The translations under genes were made by a program, and so were the position numbers. This document shows, one piece after another, positions 10,224 to 21,519 of a stretch of DNA of 64,000 bases. The notes beneath the pieces were generated by a model, which did not search any database, had not been told where the DNA came from, and saw only the letters and a list, made by a program, of their open reading frames with translations. Position 1 is the first letter of the stretch, and every line of letters starts with the position of its first letter. The stretch comes from an uncultured Actinomycetes bacterium (GTDB taxonomy: Bacteria; Actinomycetota; Thermoleophilia; UBA2241): the NCBI GenBank assembly GCA_963725665.1, contig CAVRZA010000003.1, positions 224,001 through 288,000 of the forward strand, in the 5' to 3' direction.

Positions 10224-11306
10224 GTGAGCGGGAGACGACCCCTTTTCTCTGGCGGCCGACGCGGCAAGCACTGGCGCCTCTTGGCGCTGGCGCAGCAGCT
10301 CGACGCCGAGACGGTGCGCCAGGTGTTCACGCACTCCTCCTGGGTGAGCGAGCGTGGTCGCTCCTACGAGCGCCTCGAGTTCCTCGGCGACAGCGTCTTG
10401 AGCCTCGCGGTGACGACCGACCTCTACCGGCGCTTTCCGGGACACAGCGAGGGGCACCTGGCGCGGCTGCGCGCCTACGTCGTCAGCCGTGCGACGTGCG
10501 CCAAGGTCGCCAAGGAGCTCGGCCTCGACCGCCTTCTGGGCGAGGTCGGCGCCGACCACGAGGCCAGCGAGCTCGACCAGCTCATGGCCAACCAGAACGT
10601 GCTCGCCGACGTGACTGAGTCGCTGATCGGCGCGCTCTACCTCACCTTCGGTTTCGACGCCGTGCGTCCCGGGGTGGTCGAGGCGTTCGCCGAACACATC
10701 GACTACGCCGAGAAGAGCTACGTCGACTTCAAGACCGAGCTGCAGGAGCAGCTTGCCAAGCAGGGCACGTCGGTCAACTACGCCCTAGTAGGCTTCAGCG
10801 GACCGGCGCACGAGCGTCACTTCACCGTCGAGGCGGTCGTCGACGGCGAGACGCTCGGCCGAGGCGTCGGGCCCAGCAAGAAGCGCGCCGAACAGGAGGC
10901 CGCCGCTCAGGCCATGGCCGAGCTGGCCCGGCGCGCGAAGCGTCGAGGCCGGCGCGTGCGCTTGCTGGGGCCGGCGCGCAAGACGGCCGGTGCGCGAGCG
11001 GAGGCCGCCGCAGACGCGGCGGAGTGGCCGGAGGGGGCGGAGGGTTCGGAGGAGACCGAGGGAGCGGCGATCGAGCACGAGCCAGAGCCGGAGCCGGGCC
11101 GACGGGCGGAGGAGCCCGCGACGGAGTCGCAGGGCGCTGCGGCTGCCTCAGCCGACTCGGACGTCGCCGGCGGACCGCCGGGCGAGGCTGCTCCTCCAGG
11201 ACCGGCCAAGCCGGCGGTCGAACCGGGCACCGCTACGGCGCGGCGACGAGGCGGACGCGGCCGCTCTCGGCGGCGTCGGTCGAGCGGGGAGGCGACTGAG
11301 TCCTGA
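10224..11306 (+). CDS. rnc: Ribonuclease III with long low-complexity C-terminal tail
   Basis: YERLEFLGDSVL, dsRBD (DFKTELQE, SKKRAEQ); start uncertain. Confidence 0.93.
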   Translation: MSGRRPLFSGGRRGKHWRLLALAQQLDAETVRQVFTHSSWVSERGRSYERLEFLGDSVLSLAVTTDLYRRFPGHSEGHLARLRAYVVSRATCAKVAKELGLDRLLGEVGADHEASELDQLMANQNVLADVTESLIGALYLTFGFDAVRPGVVEAFAEHIDYAEKSYVDFKTELQEQLAKQGTSVNYALVGFSGPAHERHFTVEAVVDGETLGRGVGPSKKRAEQEAAAQAMAELARRAKRRGRRVRLLGPARKTAGARAEAAADAAEWPEGAEGSEETEGAAIEHEPEPEPGRRAEEPATESQGAAAASADSDVAGGPPGEAAPPGPAKPAVEPGTATARRRGGRGRSRRRRSSGEATES

Positions 11307-14300
11307 TGTACCTGCGCGCCGTGCGCCTCAAAGGCTTCAAGTCCTTTCCCCTGCAGACCGAGCTCGTCTTCGAGCCCGGGATCGCCGTGGTCATAGGTCC
11401 CAACGGCAGCGGCAAGAGCAACATCGCCGACGCGGTCATGTGGGTGCTCGGTGAGCAGAGCCCGACGACCGTCCGGGGCTCGTCGATGCAGGACATGATC
11501 TTCGCCGGGAGCGACGGCCGGCGAGCGAGCGGCAGCGCGGAGGTCGAGCTCACGTTCGACAACGGCGACGGCGCGCTGTCGCTGCCGACCCCCGAGGTCA
11601 GCATCGGGCGGCGCGTGCGTCGCGACGGCGAGGCGACCTACTTCATCAACCGTTCGCCGTGTCGCCTGACCGACGTCGTCGAGCTGGTGGCCGAGGTCGG
11701 CCTGGGCAAGGAGATGCACTCCATCGTCGGGCAGGGCAAGGTGGAGTCGCTGCTCGCTGCCAAGCCGGTCGACCGCCGCGCGCTGGTCGAGGAGGCCGCC
11801 GGTCTGGGACGGTACAAGCGTCGGCGCGAGCGGGCCGAGCTCAAGCTGCGCGAGGTGGCGCGCAACTTGGAACGCGCGCGCGAGACCGAACGCGAGGCGG
11901 CCACCCGCCTCGCTCCCCTGCGCCGGCAGGCGAACGCCGCCGAGCTCTCGCGCGCCCTCGAGACCGAGCTCTCGGAGATCGAGGCCCGGCTGCTTGCCGG
12001 CGAGCTCGAAGAGGTCGCCGGGCGCGCCGACGCCGAGCGCGCCGCCCTCGACGAGGCTGCGGCCGGCAGGGCCCTGGTCGACGAGCGGCTGCGCGAGACG
12101 GCGTCACAACGGCGGGCTGACGACGAGCGTTTCGCGCGCGAGCTTGAGGAACGCGAGCGCCGCCGGCAGCGCGCCGTTCGCGCTCGCTACCTTGGAGACC
12201 GCATCGAGAGCTGCGTGCGTCTGACTGCTCAGCGCGGCGCGCTCCTCGAAGAGGTCGAGCGCGCCGCGCGCGGCGAGGTCGAGCGTCTGCGGGCCGAGCT
12301 GGCGCTGACCGCCGCTCGGCCGGCAAGCGACGACGACGATGCCGACGTCGAGGCCGGTCTGGCGGCGGCGCTCGCCGCCGCCGAGAGCGCCCACGACGAC
12401 GCCGCAAGGGAGCTGGCGACCGCACGGCGGGTGCAGGCGGAGGCGCGCGGCGAGCGTGACCACCTGACCGCCGAACGCGAGAACACCGCGGCTCGAGCGC
12501 AGCGGCTGCGCGAACGCGTGCGCGAGCTCGACGAGGCGGCCGCGCTCGCGTCGGCGCAGACTGAGAGCGCGCGCGACCAGGCGGCCGGGCGCCGGGCGGC
12601 GTTCATCGCCGGCGCGGCACGGAGGAGGCGGCGCGCGCCGCCGAGACGCGGGCCGAGGCGGCGGCGCGCGCCGCCGAGACGCGCGTGTCGGCCGCCAGGT
12701 CGGCACTGAGGGACGCTGAGGAGGATCTGCACGCTCTGACCGCCGAGAGGCGCGCGCTGGAGCTAGAGCTCGAGCACCTCACCGCCGGCCTGCGCGACCT
12801 CGACGAGGTCGGTACCGCCGTGCTCGAGGTGACCGGCGCCTTCCCGGGGGCCGCGGTCCTGGCGCAGGTGGTCGGCTGCGAGCGCGGCTACGAGAAGGCG
12901 CTGGCCGCCGCTCTGGCTCAGAGTCCGGGGGCCATCGCCGTGCCGCGCTCGCTCGACGGCTGGTCGCTACTGGCGGCGCTGCGCCAGGCGGGCGTCTCGC
13001 TTGCCCGTCTCCTGGTGCCCGTGAGGCGCGAGGAGGCGGCGGCCTTCCCCGGGGCGGCGCCGCTGCTCGACAAGGTCACCGTCGACGGCGAGGAGCTGGA
13101 GGAGTTCCTCGCCGGTGTCGTCGTGGTCGACGATCTGCGCGCGGTGCCCGATGGTTTCGACGGTCTCGCGGTGACGCTCGAGGGAGCCTACTACCGACCA
13201 CGTGCCGGTGAGCTCGGGTTGGCTGCGGGCGTGCCGGCGGCGGTGGTGCTCGAGCGGCGTTCGCGTGCGAGCGAGCTCGAGGCGAGGCTGGCTGCCACGC
13301 GCGCCAGCGAGCTGCGCGAGCAGCCGGTCGTGGCGCGCCTGCGTGATGATGGCGACGCTGCCGACGAGGCGCGGCGTGAGCTCGAGGGCGCGCTCGAGAA
13401 GGCGCGCGTCGAGGGACGCCGCGTGGCCGCCCAGCGGCGCGCGCTCGAGGACGAAGTGAACGCCCTCGAGGCCGGCGTGGGGCAGGCCGAACGGGCGCGA
13501 GACGCTTCGCTGGCCGAGGCCGACGCCGCTCGCGCCGACGTCGTGGCGCTCGAGGCGCGCGATGCGGAGCTCCTTATGAGGCTCGACACGCTTGCACCCG
13601 CCGTCGCCGCGGCCGAGTCGGCCGCGGCGGCCGCCGAGGAGCGTCATGAGGTCGCGCTGTCGGCCGTCACCACGGCCCGGGTCGAGCATGATTCTTACAA
13701 GGCACGCCAAAGCCAGGCCCAAGAGGAGCGGGCGCGGGCGCTCGCTCGTCAGGCGAGCGCTCGCGCCCGCCTCGAGGAGCTCGAACGCCGTCTGCGCGGC
13801 ATCCCCGCTACGCGCGAGGCCTCGGGCGAGCTGGCCGCCGCGCTGGCCGCCGCCCGCGCCCGCGCCGCGGCGCTGGCCGAACGGCTCGAGTCGCAGGCCG
13901 GCGACCTCGACGCTCTGCCGCGGCGCGAGGAGTCGCGCCGCCTCGCCGAGCGCGAGGTCGAACTGCGACAGGAGGCGGAGGCGCTGGGCGAGCGGCGCGC
14001 GGCCGCTCAGGTGGAGCTGACGCACGTCGAGGAGCGGCGGGCCGAGCTCGCCCAGCGCCTCGACGCCATCGCCGAACGGCTCGAGCGGGCCTCGTTCGCG
14101 CCGCCGGCCGACGAGGACGAGGCGCGGGCGCTGCGCGCCCGCGCCGAACGCCTCGCGCGACGGCGCGACGGCCTCGGCCCCGTCAACCCGCTGGCCGAGG
14201 CGGAGTGCGCGGAGCTCGACGAGAGGGTGGGCTTCCTCCGCGAGCAGGTGCGCGACCTGGAGCGGTCGAGCGGCGAGCTGCAGGAGCTGATCGCCGAACT

Positions 14301-14913
14301 GACGGGCCGCATCGACGACGACTTCAGTGAGACGCTGACGGTGGTGGCGGACCAGTTCGAGAAGATGTGCGCCATCCTGTTCCCCGGCGGCCGCGGCAGG
14401 CTGCTGCTCGTCGAGGCCGAAGGCGACGAGCCCGGCGGGGTGGGCATCGAGGTCAAGCCGGCGCGCAAGCTGGGCAAGAAGCTGGGCCTGCTCTCGGGCG
14501 GCGAGCGCGCGCTGGTGGCGATCGCCTTCCTCATGGCCCTCATGCTGGCTCGCCCCAGCCCGTTCTACATCCTCGACGAGATCGAGGCGGCGCTCGACGA
14601 CATCAATATCGGGCGTTTCGTCTCGCTGCTGCGGGAATACCGCGACCGCACGCAGTTCGTCATCGTCACCCATCAGAAGCGCACCATGGAGGCGGCTGAT
14701 GTGCTCTACGGCGTGACGATGGGGCCCGACGGCGCCTCACACGTCGTGAGCGCGCGCATGGCGGAACAGGAGATCGAGGCCGAGGAGGCCGCCGGGCCCA
14801 GGGCGGCGCGAACGGCTGAGACGCAGGCTGAGCCGCCCGGCGTGGGGTCGGCGGCGGTAGCCATGGTGAGACTCGACGACGACGCCGGAGCGCCGGTGGA
14901 CGAGGTGGACTAG
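11306..14913 (+). CDS. smc: Chromosome segregation protein SMC (one apparent frameshift near 12600-12620)
   Basis: GFKSF and GPNGSGKSN in 11306..12709; LSGGE and ILDEIEAALD in 12685..14913. Confidence 0.92.
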
Positions 14914-15918
14914 GTGGAGTGGCACGAAACGTTCAAGGGCGTCTCGGCTCAGGCCGAGGCGGCGGCGGCCGTCGAGGAGGAGCGCGAGCGCGCCGGTCTC
15001 TTCAGGCGCTTCCGCGACAACCTCGGCAAGGCCCGCGCCACGCTGCGCGACCACTTCCGCACCATCCTCTTCGACAGGCTCGACGAGGAAGTCTGGGAGC
15101 AGGTCGAGGAGGCGCTCATCTTCGCCGACGTGGGCGTCGACGCGACCGTGAAGATCGTCGCGCAGCTCGAGCAGCGCGCCGCGGAGGGCGCCATCGAGTC
15201 GCGCGAGCAGCTCTTCGAGGCGCTGGCCGACGTGGTGGCGACGATGCTGCGTCCACCCGACCCCGATGACCAGCTCATCGACGTCAGCGGCGACCCCTCG
15301 GTCATCCTGATCGTGGGCGTCAACGGTACGGGCAAGACGACGACCATCGGCAAGCTCGCCTACCGGCTCCATCAACTCGGAAAGTCGCCGCTCATGGTGG
15401 CCGCCGACACCTTCCGCGCCGCGGCTGTCGAACAGTTGAGCGAGTGGGCCGACCGGGTCGGCTGCGAGATCGTCAAGCAGGCCCAGGGCAGCGACCCGGC
15501 GGCGGTCGTCTACGACGGTATCGCCGCCGCCCGTTCGCGCGACCACGACGTGGTCATCGTCGATACCGCGGGGCGTCTGCACACGCAGGTCAACCTCATG
15601 CGCGAGCTCGAGAAGGTGAGGCGGGTGGTCGAGAAGCAGGTCCCGTTGGGGCCGGTCGAGACGCTGCTCGTCATCGACGCGACGACGGGCCAGAACGGGC
15701 TGCGCCAGGCCGAGGTCTTCCGCGAGGCCGTCGATGTGACGGGGGTCGTGCTGACGAAGCTCGACGGCACGGCCAAGGGCGGCATCGTCGTGGCCATCCA
15801 CGAGACGCTGGGCATCCCCATCAAGCTGATCGGCGTGGGGGAGAAGCTCGACGAATTGCGCCCCTTCGACGCCGAGCAGTACGCGCGCGCGGTCTTCGGC
15901 GGCGACGCCGCCGATTAG
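14914..15918 (+). CDS. ftsY: SRP receptor FtsY
   Basis: GVNGTGKTTT, DTFRAAA, DTAGR, TKLDGTAKGG. Confidence 0.96.
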   Translation: MEWHETFKGVSAQAEAAAAVEEERERAGLFRRFRDNLGKARATLRDHFRTILFDRLDEEVWEQVEEALIFADVGVDATVKIVAQLEQRAAEGAIESREQLFEALADVVATMLRPPDPDDQLIDVSGDPSVILIVGVNGTGKTTTIGKLAYRLHQLGKSPLMVAADTFRAAAVEQLSEWADRVGCEIVKQAQGSDPAAVVYDGIAAARSRDHDVVIVDTAGRLHTQVNLMRELEKVRRVVEKQVPLGPVETLLVIDATTGQNGLRQAEVFREAVDVTGVVLTKLDGTAKGGIVVAIHETLGIPIKLIGVGEKLDELRPFDAEQYARAVFGGDAAD

Positions 15919-15997
15919 AGCGCTAGAGGCGCCCGGCGGGCATACTACGATGAGTGGGTCCACCCGATGTGAACCTCCCAAGCGAGGATAGTGCGAG

Positions 15998-17323
15998 ATG
16001 TTCGAATCCTTGACCGAACGCCTACAGGGCGCCCTCGGCGAGCTGCGTGGGCACGGCAAGCTGAGCGCCCCAGACATCGACAGGGCGATGCGCGAGATCC
16101 GCCTGGCGCTGCTCGAGGCCGACGTGAACTTCAAGGTGGTGCGCGAGTTCGTCGCCCACGTGAAGGAGCGCGCCCTGGGGCAGGAGGTGATGGAGAGCCT
16201 CACGCCGGCCCAGCAGGTGGTCAAGATCGTCAACGAGGAGCTGACCGCTCTGATGGGCGCCGGCGACTCCAAGCTCGCCTTCAGCGGCCGGCCACCGACG
16301 GTGATCCTCATGGCCGGCCTGCAGGGCTCGGGCAAGACGACGGCCTGCGCCAAGCTTGCGACCTTCCTCAAGAAGGACGGCAAGCGGCCGGTGCTCGTGG
16401 CCGCCGACGTCTATCGTCCGGCGGCCATCGACCAGCTCGTCGCCCTCGCCGCGCGTGCCGACGTGCCCGTCTACGCGCCCGGTGGCGATGTGGACCCCGT
16501 CGACATCGCCAAACAGGGGGTCGAGTTCGCGCGCGAGAAGGGCGACGTGGCCATCATCGACACCGCTGGGCGACTGCACATCGACGAGGTGCTCATGGAC
16601 GAGCTGGTGCGCATCCGCAAGGAGGTCAAGCCGCACAACATCCTCCTCGTCGTCGACGCCATGACCGGCCAGGACGCCGTCAACGCCGCCGAGCAGTTCA
16701 AGCAGCGCGTCGACATCGACGGCGTGGTCCTGACCAAGCTCGACGGCGACGCGCGCGGCGGCGCCGCCCTCAGCGTGCGCGCCGTCACCGGCAAGCCGAT
16801 CAAGTTCGCCAGCACCGGGGAGAAGCTCGGCGACCTCGACTACTTCCATCCCGACCGCATGGCCTCGCGCATCTTGGGCATGGGCGACGTCCTCTCGCTC
16901 ATCGAGCGCGCGCAGGAGAACATCGACGAGACGCAGGCGGCGCAGATGGAGGAGCGCCTGCGCAAGGCCGAGTTCACCTTCGATGACTTCCTCGTGCAGA
17001 TGAAGCAGGTGCGCAAGATGGGATCCCTGTCGAGCATCATCGGCATGCTGCCCGGCATCCCTGGCATGAAGCAGCTCAAGAATGTGCAGGTCGACGACAA
17101 ACAGCTCGACCGCATCGAGGCTATGGTGCTCTCGATGACGCCTGACGAGCGCCGCCATCCGGAGATCATCGATGGCAGCCGACGCCAGCGCATCGCGCGC
17201 GGCAGCGGCCACACGGTGCAGGACGTCAACGCTCTGCTCAAGCAGTTCCGCGAGATGCAGAAGATGGTCAAGCAGCTCGCCGGCGGCAAGATGCCGAAGC
17301 TCGGCCCGGGGATGCCGTTCTAG
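15998..17323 (+). CDS. ffh: Signal recognition particle protein Ffh
   Basis: ALLEADV, GLQGSGKTT, DTAGR, Met-rich M domain. Confidence 0.97.
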   Translation: MFESLTERLQGALGELRGHGKLSAPDIDRAMREIRLALLEADVNFKVVREFVAHVKERALGQEVMESLTPAQQVVKIVNEELTALMGAGDSKLAFSGRPPTVILMAGLQGSGKTTACAKLATFLKKDGKRPVLVAADVYRPAAIDQLVALAARADVPVYAPGGDVDPVDIAKQGVEFAREKGDVAIIDTAGRLHIDEVLMDELVRIRKEVKPHNILLVVDAMTGQDAVNAAEQFKQRVDIDGVVLTKLDGDARGGAALSVRAVTGKPIKFASTGEKLGDLDYFHPDRMASRILGMGDVLSLIERAQENIDETQAAQMEERLRKAEFTFDDFLVQMKQVRKMGSLSSIIGMLPGIPGMKQLKNVQVDDKQLDRIEAMVLSMTPDERRHPEIIDGSRRQRIARGSGHTVQDVNALLKQFREMQKMVKQLAGGKMPKLGPGMPF

Positions 17324-17450
17324 GGGCACGGCGCCGGGTGGCTCGGCGTTGCGGGCGCGAGGCCGAGCGCATACTATGGTACGGTTCTCCATCGGCCCGG
17401 CCGAGAACTGGTTACGACTGTTGTAGCGGATCCCTAAAGAGGTGTGGTCA

Positions 17451-17696
17451 GTGGCAGTACGCATGAGGCTGAGCAGGGTCGGCAGCACCAAGAACCCCAT
17501 CTACCGCATCGTCATCGCCGACGCGCGCGCTCCGCGCGACGGCCGTTTCATCGCGACGATCGGTCACTACAACCCGCAGGTCGACCCGTCCTCCATCGAC
17601 ATCGACAAGGCCAAAGCGAGCGAGTGGTTGAAGAAGGGCGCCCAGCCGAGCAGGACCGTGAAACGGCTGCTGGCGCGCCAGGGCATCGACACCTAG
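17451..17696 (+). CDS. rpsP: 30S ribosomal protein S16
   Basis: VRMRLSRVG, PRDGRFI, GAQPS. Confidence 0.97.
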   Translation: MAVRMRLSRVGSTKNPIYRIVIADARAPRDGRFIATIGHYNPQVDPSSIDIDKAKASEWLKKGAQPSRTVKRLLARQGIDT

Positions 17697-17729
17697 CCGG
17701 CGCAGACACGTCGAGGCGGGAGGCGGTTG

Positions 17730-17963
17730 ATGTTGAAAGACCTGCTCGAATACCTGGCCAAGGCGCTCGTGGATAAGCCTGACGAGGTCCACGTCGAGGT
17801 GACGGAGACCGACACGACGATCGTGCTCGAGCTGACGGTCGCCAAGGACGACGTCGGCAAGGTCATCGGCAAGCAGGGGCGCATCGCGCGGGCGCTGCGC
17901 ACGATCATCAAGGCGAGCGCGGTGCGCGACGGCAAGCGCGCCATCGTCGAGATCGTCGACTGA
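17730..17963 (+). CDS. khpA: KH domain RNA-binding protein
   Basis: DVGKVIGKQGRIARALRT; between rpsP and rimM. Confidence 0.92.
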   Translation: MLKDLLEYLAKALVDKPDEVHVEVTETDTTIVLELTVAKDDVGKVIGKQGRIARALRTIIKASAVRDGKRAIVEIVD

Positions 17964-17973
17964 CGCCCGAGCC

Positions 17974-18468
17974 ATGGCCGGTCTGTGGGCCTTCGCCACC
18001 GTGGGGCGAGCCCACGGCCTGCACGGTGAGATCTACCTCGACCTCCTGCCCGGCGGCCTCGACTACCTGACCAGGGGGTCGTCGTTCTCTATCGACGGGG
18101 GCGGCGGTCGGGTCACGCCCGTGCGCCTCGCGCGCACGGGCGGCACCGACCGCCGCCCTCTCGCGCGTCTCGACATCGCCGAGACGATCGACGAGGCGCG
18201 CGCCCTGCACGGCACGGTGCTCTACGCGCAGGCCGACGAGCTCGACGAAGGCGTCGATCACTTCCTGGTGAGCGAGCTCGTCGGCCTGCGCGTAGTCTCG
18301 GGCGAGACCGACCTGGGCGAGGTACGCGGGGTGCTCATGAACCCGGCTCACGACATCCTCGAGATCGGCGGCGAGGGCCGCGAGACGGTGCTCGTGCCGC
18401 TGGTGAAGGAGCTCGTCGAGGTCGACCGCGAGCGCGGCGTCGTGATCGTGAAAGAGGGTCTCCTGTGA
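17974..18468 (+). CDS. rimM: Ribosome maturation factor RimM
   Basis: GRAHGLHGE, PAHDIL, LVPLV. Confidence 0.9.
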   Translation: MAGLWAFATVGRAHGLHGEIYLDLLPGGLDYLTRGSSFSIDGGGGRVTPVRLARTGGTDRRPLARLDIAETIDEARALHGTVLYAQADELDEGVDHFLVSELVGLRVVSGETDLGEVRGVLMNPAHDILEIGGEGRETVLVPLVKELVEVDRERGVVIVKEGLL

Positions 18469-19148
18469 AGTTCGACGTCTTCACGCTCTTCCCCGAGGCC
18501 TTCTCCTGGTTCCTGCAGCAGGTGCACGTACAGCGGGCACGCGAGCTGGGCGCCGAGTTCCGCCTCTGTAACTACCGCGACTACACGCCGCTGCGCCACG
18601 GGCAGGTCGACGACACCCCTTACGGGGGCGGCGCCGGCATGGTGTTGCGCATCGACGTCGTGGGCGCCGCTCTGGAGGCCGTCTACGGCATCGACTGCGT
18701 GCAGGTGAAGGCGGACAGGCGCGTCGTCGAGCTGACGCCCCGCGGGCGCCAGCTCGACGACGCGCTCGCCGGCGAGTTGGCCCAGGGCGACCTGTGCCTC
18801 CTCTGCGGGCGCTACGAGGGTATCGACGAGCGCGTGCGCGAGCTGGTGAACGACCGCGTGTCGATCGGGCCGTACGTTCTCTCCGGCGGAGAGATCGCCG
18901 CCGCGGCCCTCCTCGACGCGGTCGTGCGCAAGATCGAGGGCGCCGTATCCAACCCGGAGAGCGTGAGCTCCGACTCGTTCGCGCCCGGCCTGGCGGGAGC
19001 GCTGGAACACCCGCACTACACGCGGCCGGCGGAGTTCCACGGCTGGCGCGTGCCGGACGTTCTGCTCAGCGGTGACCATGCCGAGATCGAGCGCTGGCGG
19101 CGCGGCAACCTCGGCGGGCAGCCCCCAGACAAGAAGTCCGACCGCTGA
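18465..19148 (+). CDS. trmD: tRNA (guanine-N1)-methyltransferase
   Basis: VDDTPYGGGAGM, CGRYEGIDER, YVLSGGE, HYTRP. Confidence 0.97.
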   Translation: MKFDVFTLFPEAFSWFLQQVHVQRARELGAEFRLCNYRDYTPLRHGQVDDTPYGGGAGMVLRIDVVGAALEAVYGIDCVQVKADRRVVELTPRGRQLDDALAGELAQGDLCLLCGRYEGIDERVRELVNDRVSIGPYVLSGGEIAAAALLDAVVRKIEGAVSNPESVSSDSFAPGLAGALEHPHYTRPAEFHGWRVPDVLLSGDHAEIERWRRGNLGGQPPDKKSDR

Positions 19149-19329
19149 TTACGCAAGCGCGTCGCGCAGAGCACACGGTGCGGGTGGACGTTCGACGGAT
19201 CGCACCTCGACCTCGCTCGTCCGCGTTTCGTCGCCGTGGCGGTCCGCGGTCTGTGTCGAGGCGGTGCCGGTCGGGTACCTTGTGGCCCAGACGAAGCGGC
19301 GTGAGAAGCGATGAGGAGGTGAGGTCTGC

Positions 19330-19542
19330 TTGGCGTTGACCGTGTATACGAAGGTAGGCTGCACAGCGTGCGAGGCGCTAGTGAGAGACTTGAAGGCGCG
19401 AGACGTGCCGTATCGGCTGGTCGATATCGACCGCTCGCCCGGCGGCGCGCAGGAACTCTCTCACCTGACCGGAGGCAGGCCGACAGTGCCCACCGTAGTT
19501 GACGAGGACGGCGAAGTGCTGCTCGGTTTCGGCAACACCTGA
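19330..19542 (+). CDS. Glutaredoxin-like protein resembling the UXX-star (seleno)protein family
   Basis: YTKVGCTAC (CxxC), TVPTVV, ends GFGNT-TGA. Confidence 0.75.
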   Translation: MALTVYTKVGCTACEALVRDLKARDVPYRLVDIDRSPGGAQELSHLTGGRPTVPTVVDEDGEVLLGFGNT

Positions 19543-19680
19543 GGAGGAGACCGTGGCCTGCGTCGGCGGCTCTGGCTGGCCGAACGCAGGCGTCGGCGCG
19601 CGTGACGCGCTGGATCAACTCACCAAGCGGTGCGCCGCGCAGCGCCAGTGCATCGCTTCGCTGCTCAGGCGCGACCCTAG

Positions 19681-19711
19681 GGGTGGGCGGCAAGGGACGA
19701 GCCGCCCACCC
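19681..19711. terminator. Stem-loop between convergent genes
   Basis: GGGTGGGCGGC-N9-GCCGCCCACCC, 11-bp perfect stem. Confidence 0.55.
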
Positions 19712-19723
19712 TCTATGCGTCGG

Positions 19724-20507
19724 TCACGAAGGCTTGCTCGAATAGGTCGCCACGCGCCTCGCGTGTTCTTCTAGGCCGATCGGACAGGCGTCGTGACAGA
19801 TGAGGCACTCGTGGCTCCCACGCGGCGAGTAGTGTCCCGCCCACTTCTGCCAGGCCTTGTTGGGCTCGGCCAGCATCTCCTGCGGGACGATGCACTTCCA
19901 GAAGTCGACCTTCTTGCCGGGCTCCACGCCTTGCGATGGACCGGGGATGATGGCCCCCGTGGGGCAGGCCCTGACGCACAGCTCGCAGTCGCCACAGAGG
20001 TCCCTCGCGAACGGCTCGTCGTAGGGCAGAGCCGCGTCGGTGACCACGCAGCACCAGCGCACGCGCGGGCCAAGCAGTCGGGGTGACGCACAGGGTCTGC
20101 TTGCCGATCCACCCCAGACCGCCCATCGTGGCGGCGGCCTTCGCGTGCACGAAATGGGTGACGGCAGTCTTGTGCCCGGCGTCTCTCACGGCCTCTGCGA
20201 AGCGGTGAGCGCGGGCCTCGGTCAGCTCGTAGTAGAGATTGTAGTACTGCGATCCCGGCACGTCGTCGAAGGGGATGGCACCGTCGGGCAGCACGGACGT
20301 CACGACGGTGTTGAGCATCGTGTCCCAGATGTGCATGCCGAGCACGATGACGCTCTTCGCACCGTCGAGGAACCCGTTTGGCACCTCCAGGCAGCGATGC
20401 GGCGGAAACGGGACCGCAGCAAGCTTCTCGGCGTCGACGACGCCGAAGAACTCGAACCCATGGTCCGCTGCCTCGGCCCGCAATCGTTCCTTCAGGTCAG
20501 GCGACAC
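19724..20507 (-). CDS. QueG/reductive-dehalogenase-like 2x[4Fe-4S] protein (apparent frameshift near 20078)
   Basis: AKSVIVLG, KAAATMGGLGWIGK, TPxLGPRVR, CGDCELCVRACP, CLICHDACP. Confidence 0.8.
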
Positions 20508-20805
20508 GACACGACCTCACTTCCTCTACGCGCAGTGCGCTGGTCTAGAACCTGTCCACATGATGGCGGGCGCGGCGGCTTCGGTGCGGCCGCCTTCACT
20601 CCCTCGACGCGATCGTTGAGCGTCGAAACGTGCCTGCATGGCGGCATTATAGTCCGCGGTGCGCGGCCGTCTACCTCGCTCCAAGATGCGGGCCGTGGAG
20701 CGCTCCGAGTCCAGGGGCCACGCACACCGTCCTCTGGCAGGGCGCAGCCCGACTCGCTAGACTCCCGCTGCCGCGGTAGGGCCCTCTGCCACCGTGAAGG
20801 TCGCA

Positions 20806-21306
20806 ATGAGGCTCTTCGGCAAACCCGATATCGAGCAGATGAGGCGCGATGGCGACATCGCAGGCCTTGTCCACTGGGCTGACTTCCGTAGGGACCAGAG
20901 CCTGAGTCGCGCCGCGGTAGCGGCTTTGCGCGAGAACGTCTACGCGGTCGTGGAGCGTCTGTTCGACACCGCTGTCTGGGCTCACGCGCACAGGGGGCCA
21001 GGCCGCAGGGGTCTGTCACCTTCGGGGGTGCATCGGCTCAACGAGATCACGGTCGCCTTGCGCAAGATCGGTCCGCCCGCCGTCGCTCCTCTCGCCGATT
21101 CGGTCCGCCTGTACGGCGACTACGGGGACCCCGACGAGCACATGCGATTCCTCTACTTCGCCCTGGTCTTTGACGTGTTGCAGAAGATAGGACGTCCGGC
21201 GGCGAACGAGTTGCGTGACCTCGCCGAAGGCGCAGATCCCGATGTCCGCGAGCATGCGCAGGAGGCGTTGAGCAAGCTCGAAGCACGAGGTCAGCTTGAC
21301 GACTGA
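20806..21306 (+). CDS. Hypothetical HEAT-repeat-like protein
   Basis: LRKIGPPAVAPL, DPDVREHAQEALSKL. Confidence 0.6.
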   Translation: MRLFGKPDIEQMRRDGDIAGLVHWADFRRDQSLSRAAVAALRENVYAVVERLFDTAVWAHAHRGPGRRGLSPSGVHRLNEITVALRKIGPPAVAPLADSVRLYGDYGDPDEHMRFLYFALVFDVLQKIGRPAANELRDLAEGADPDVREHAQEALSKLEARGQLDD

Positions 21307-21519
21307 TGAAGAGGTCGTGGTCGCCGTTCGCGCATCCTGGCCCTCATCGCGGGAGTGGGCGACACTTGCTGCACGGCGGCGGCTGAAGGCCGGCTTGTCC
21401 CCTGCTGTGGCTGCCACGCCGAGCCCCGGCGATCCCTGATCCGGCGTGCCGTAGCCGACGGCACCCGGGCTTGGCAGTGAGGCTCCAGATTGCGCCACAG
21501 CGTCTTCCCTCGCATACCG

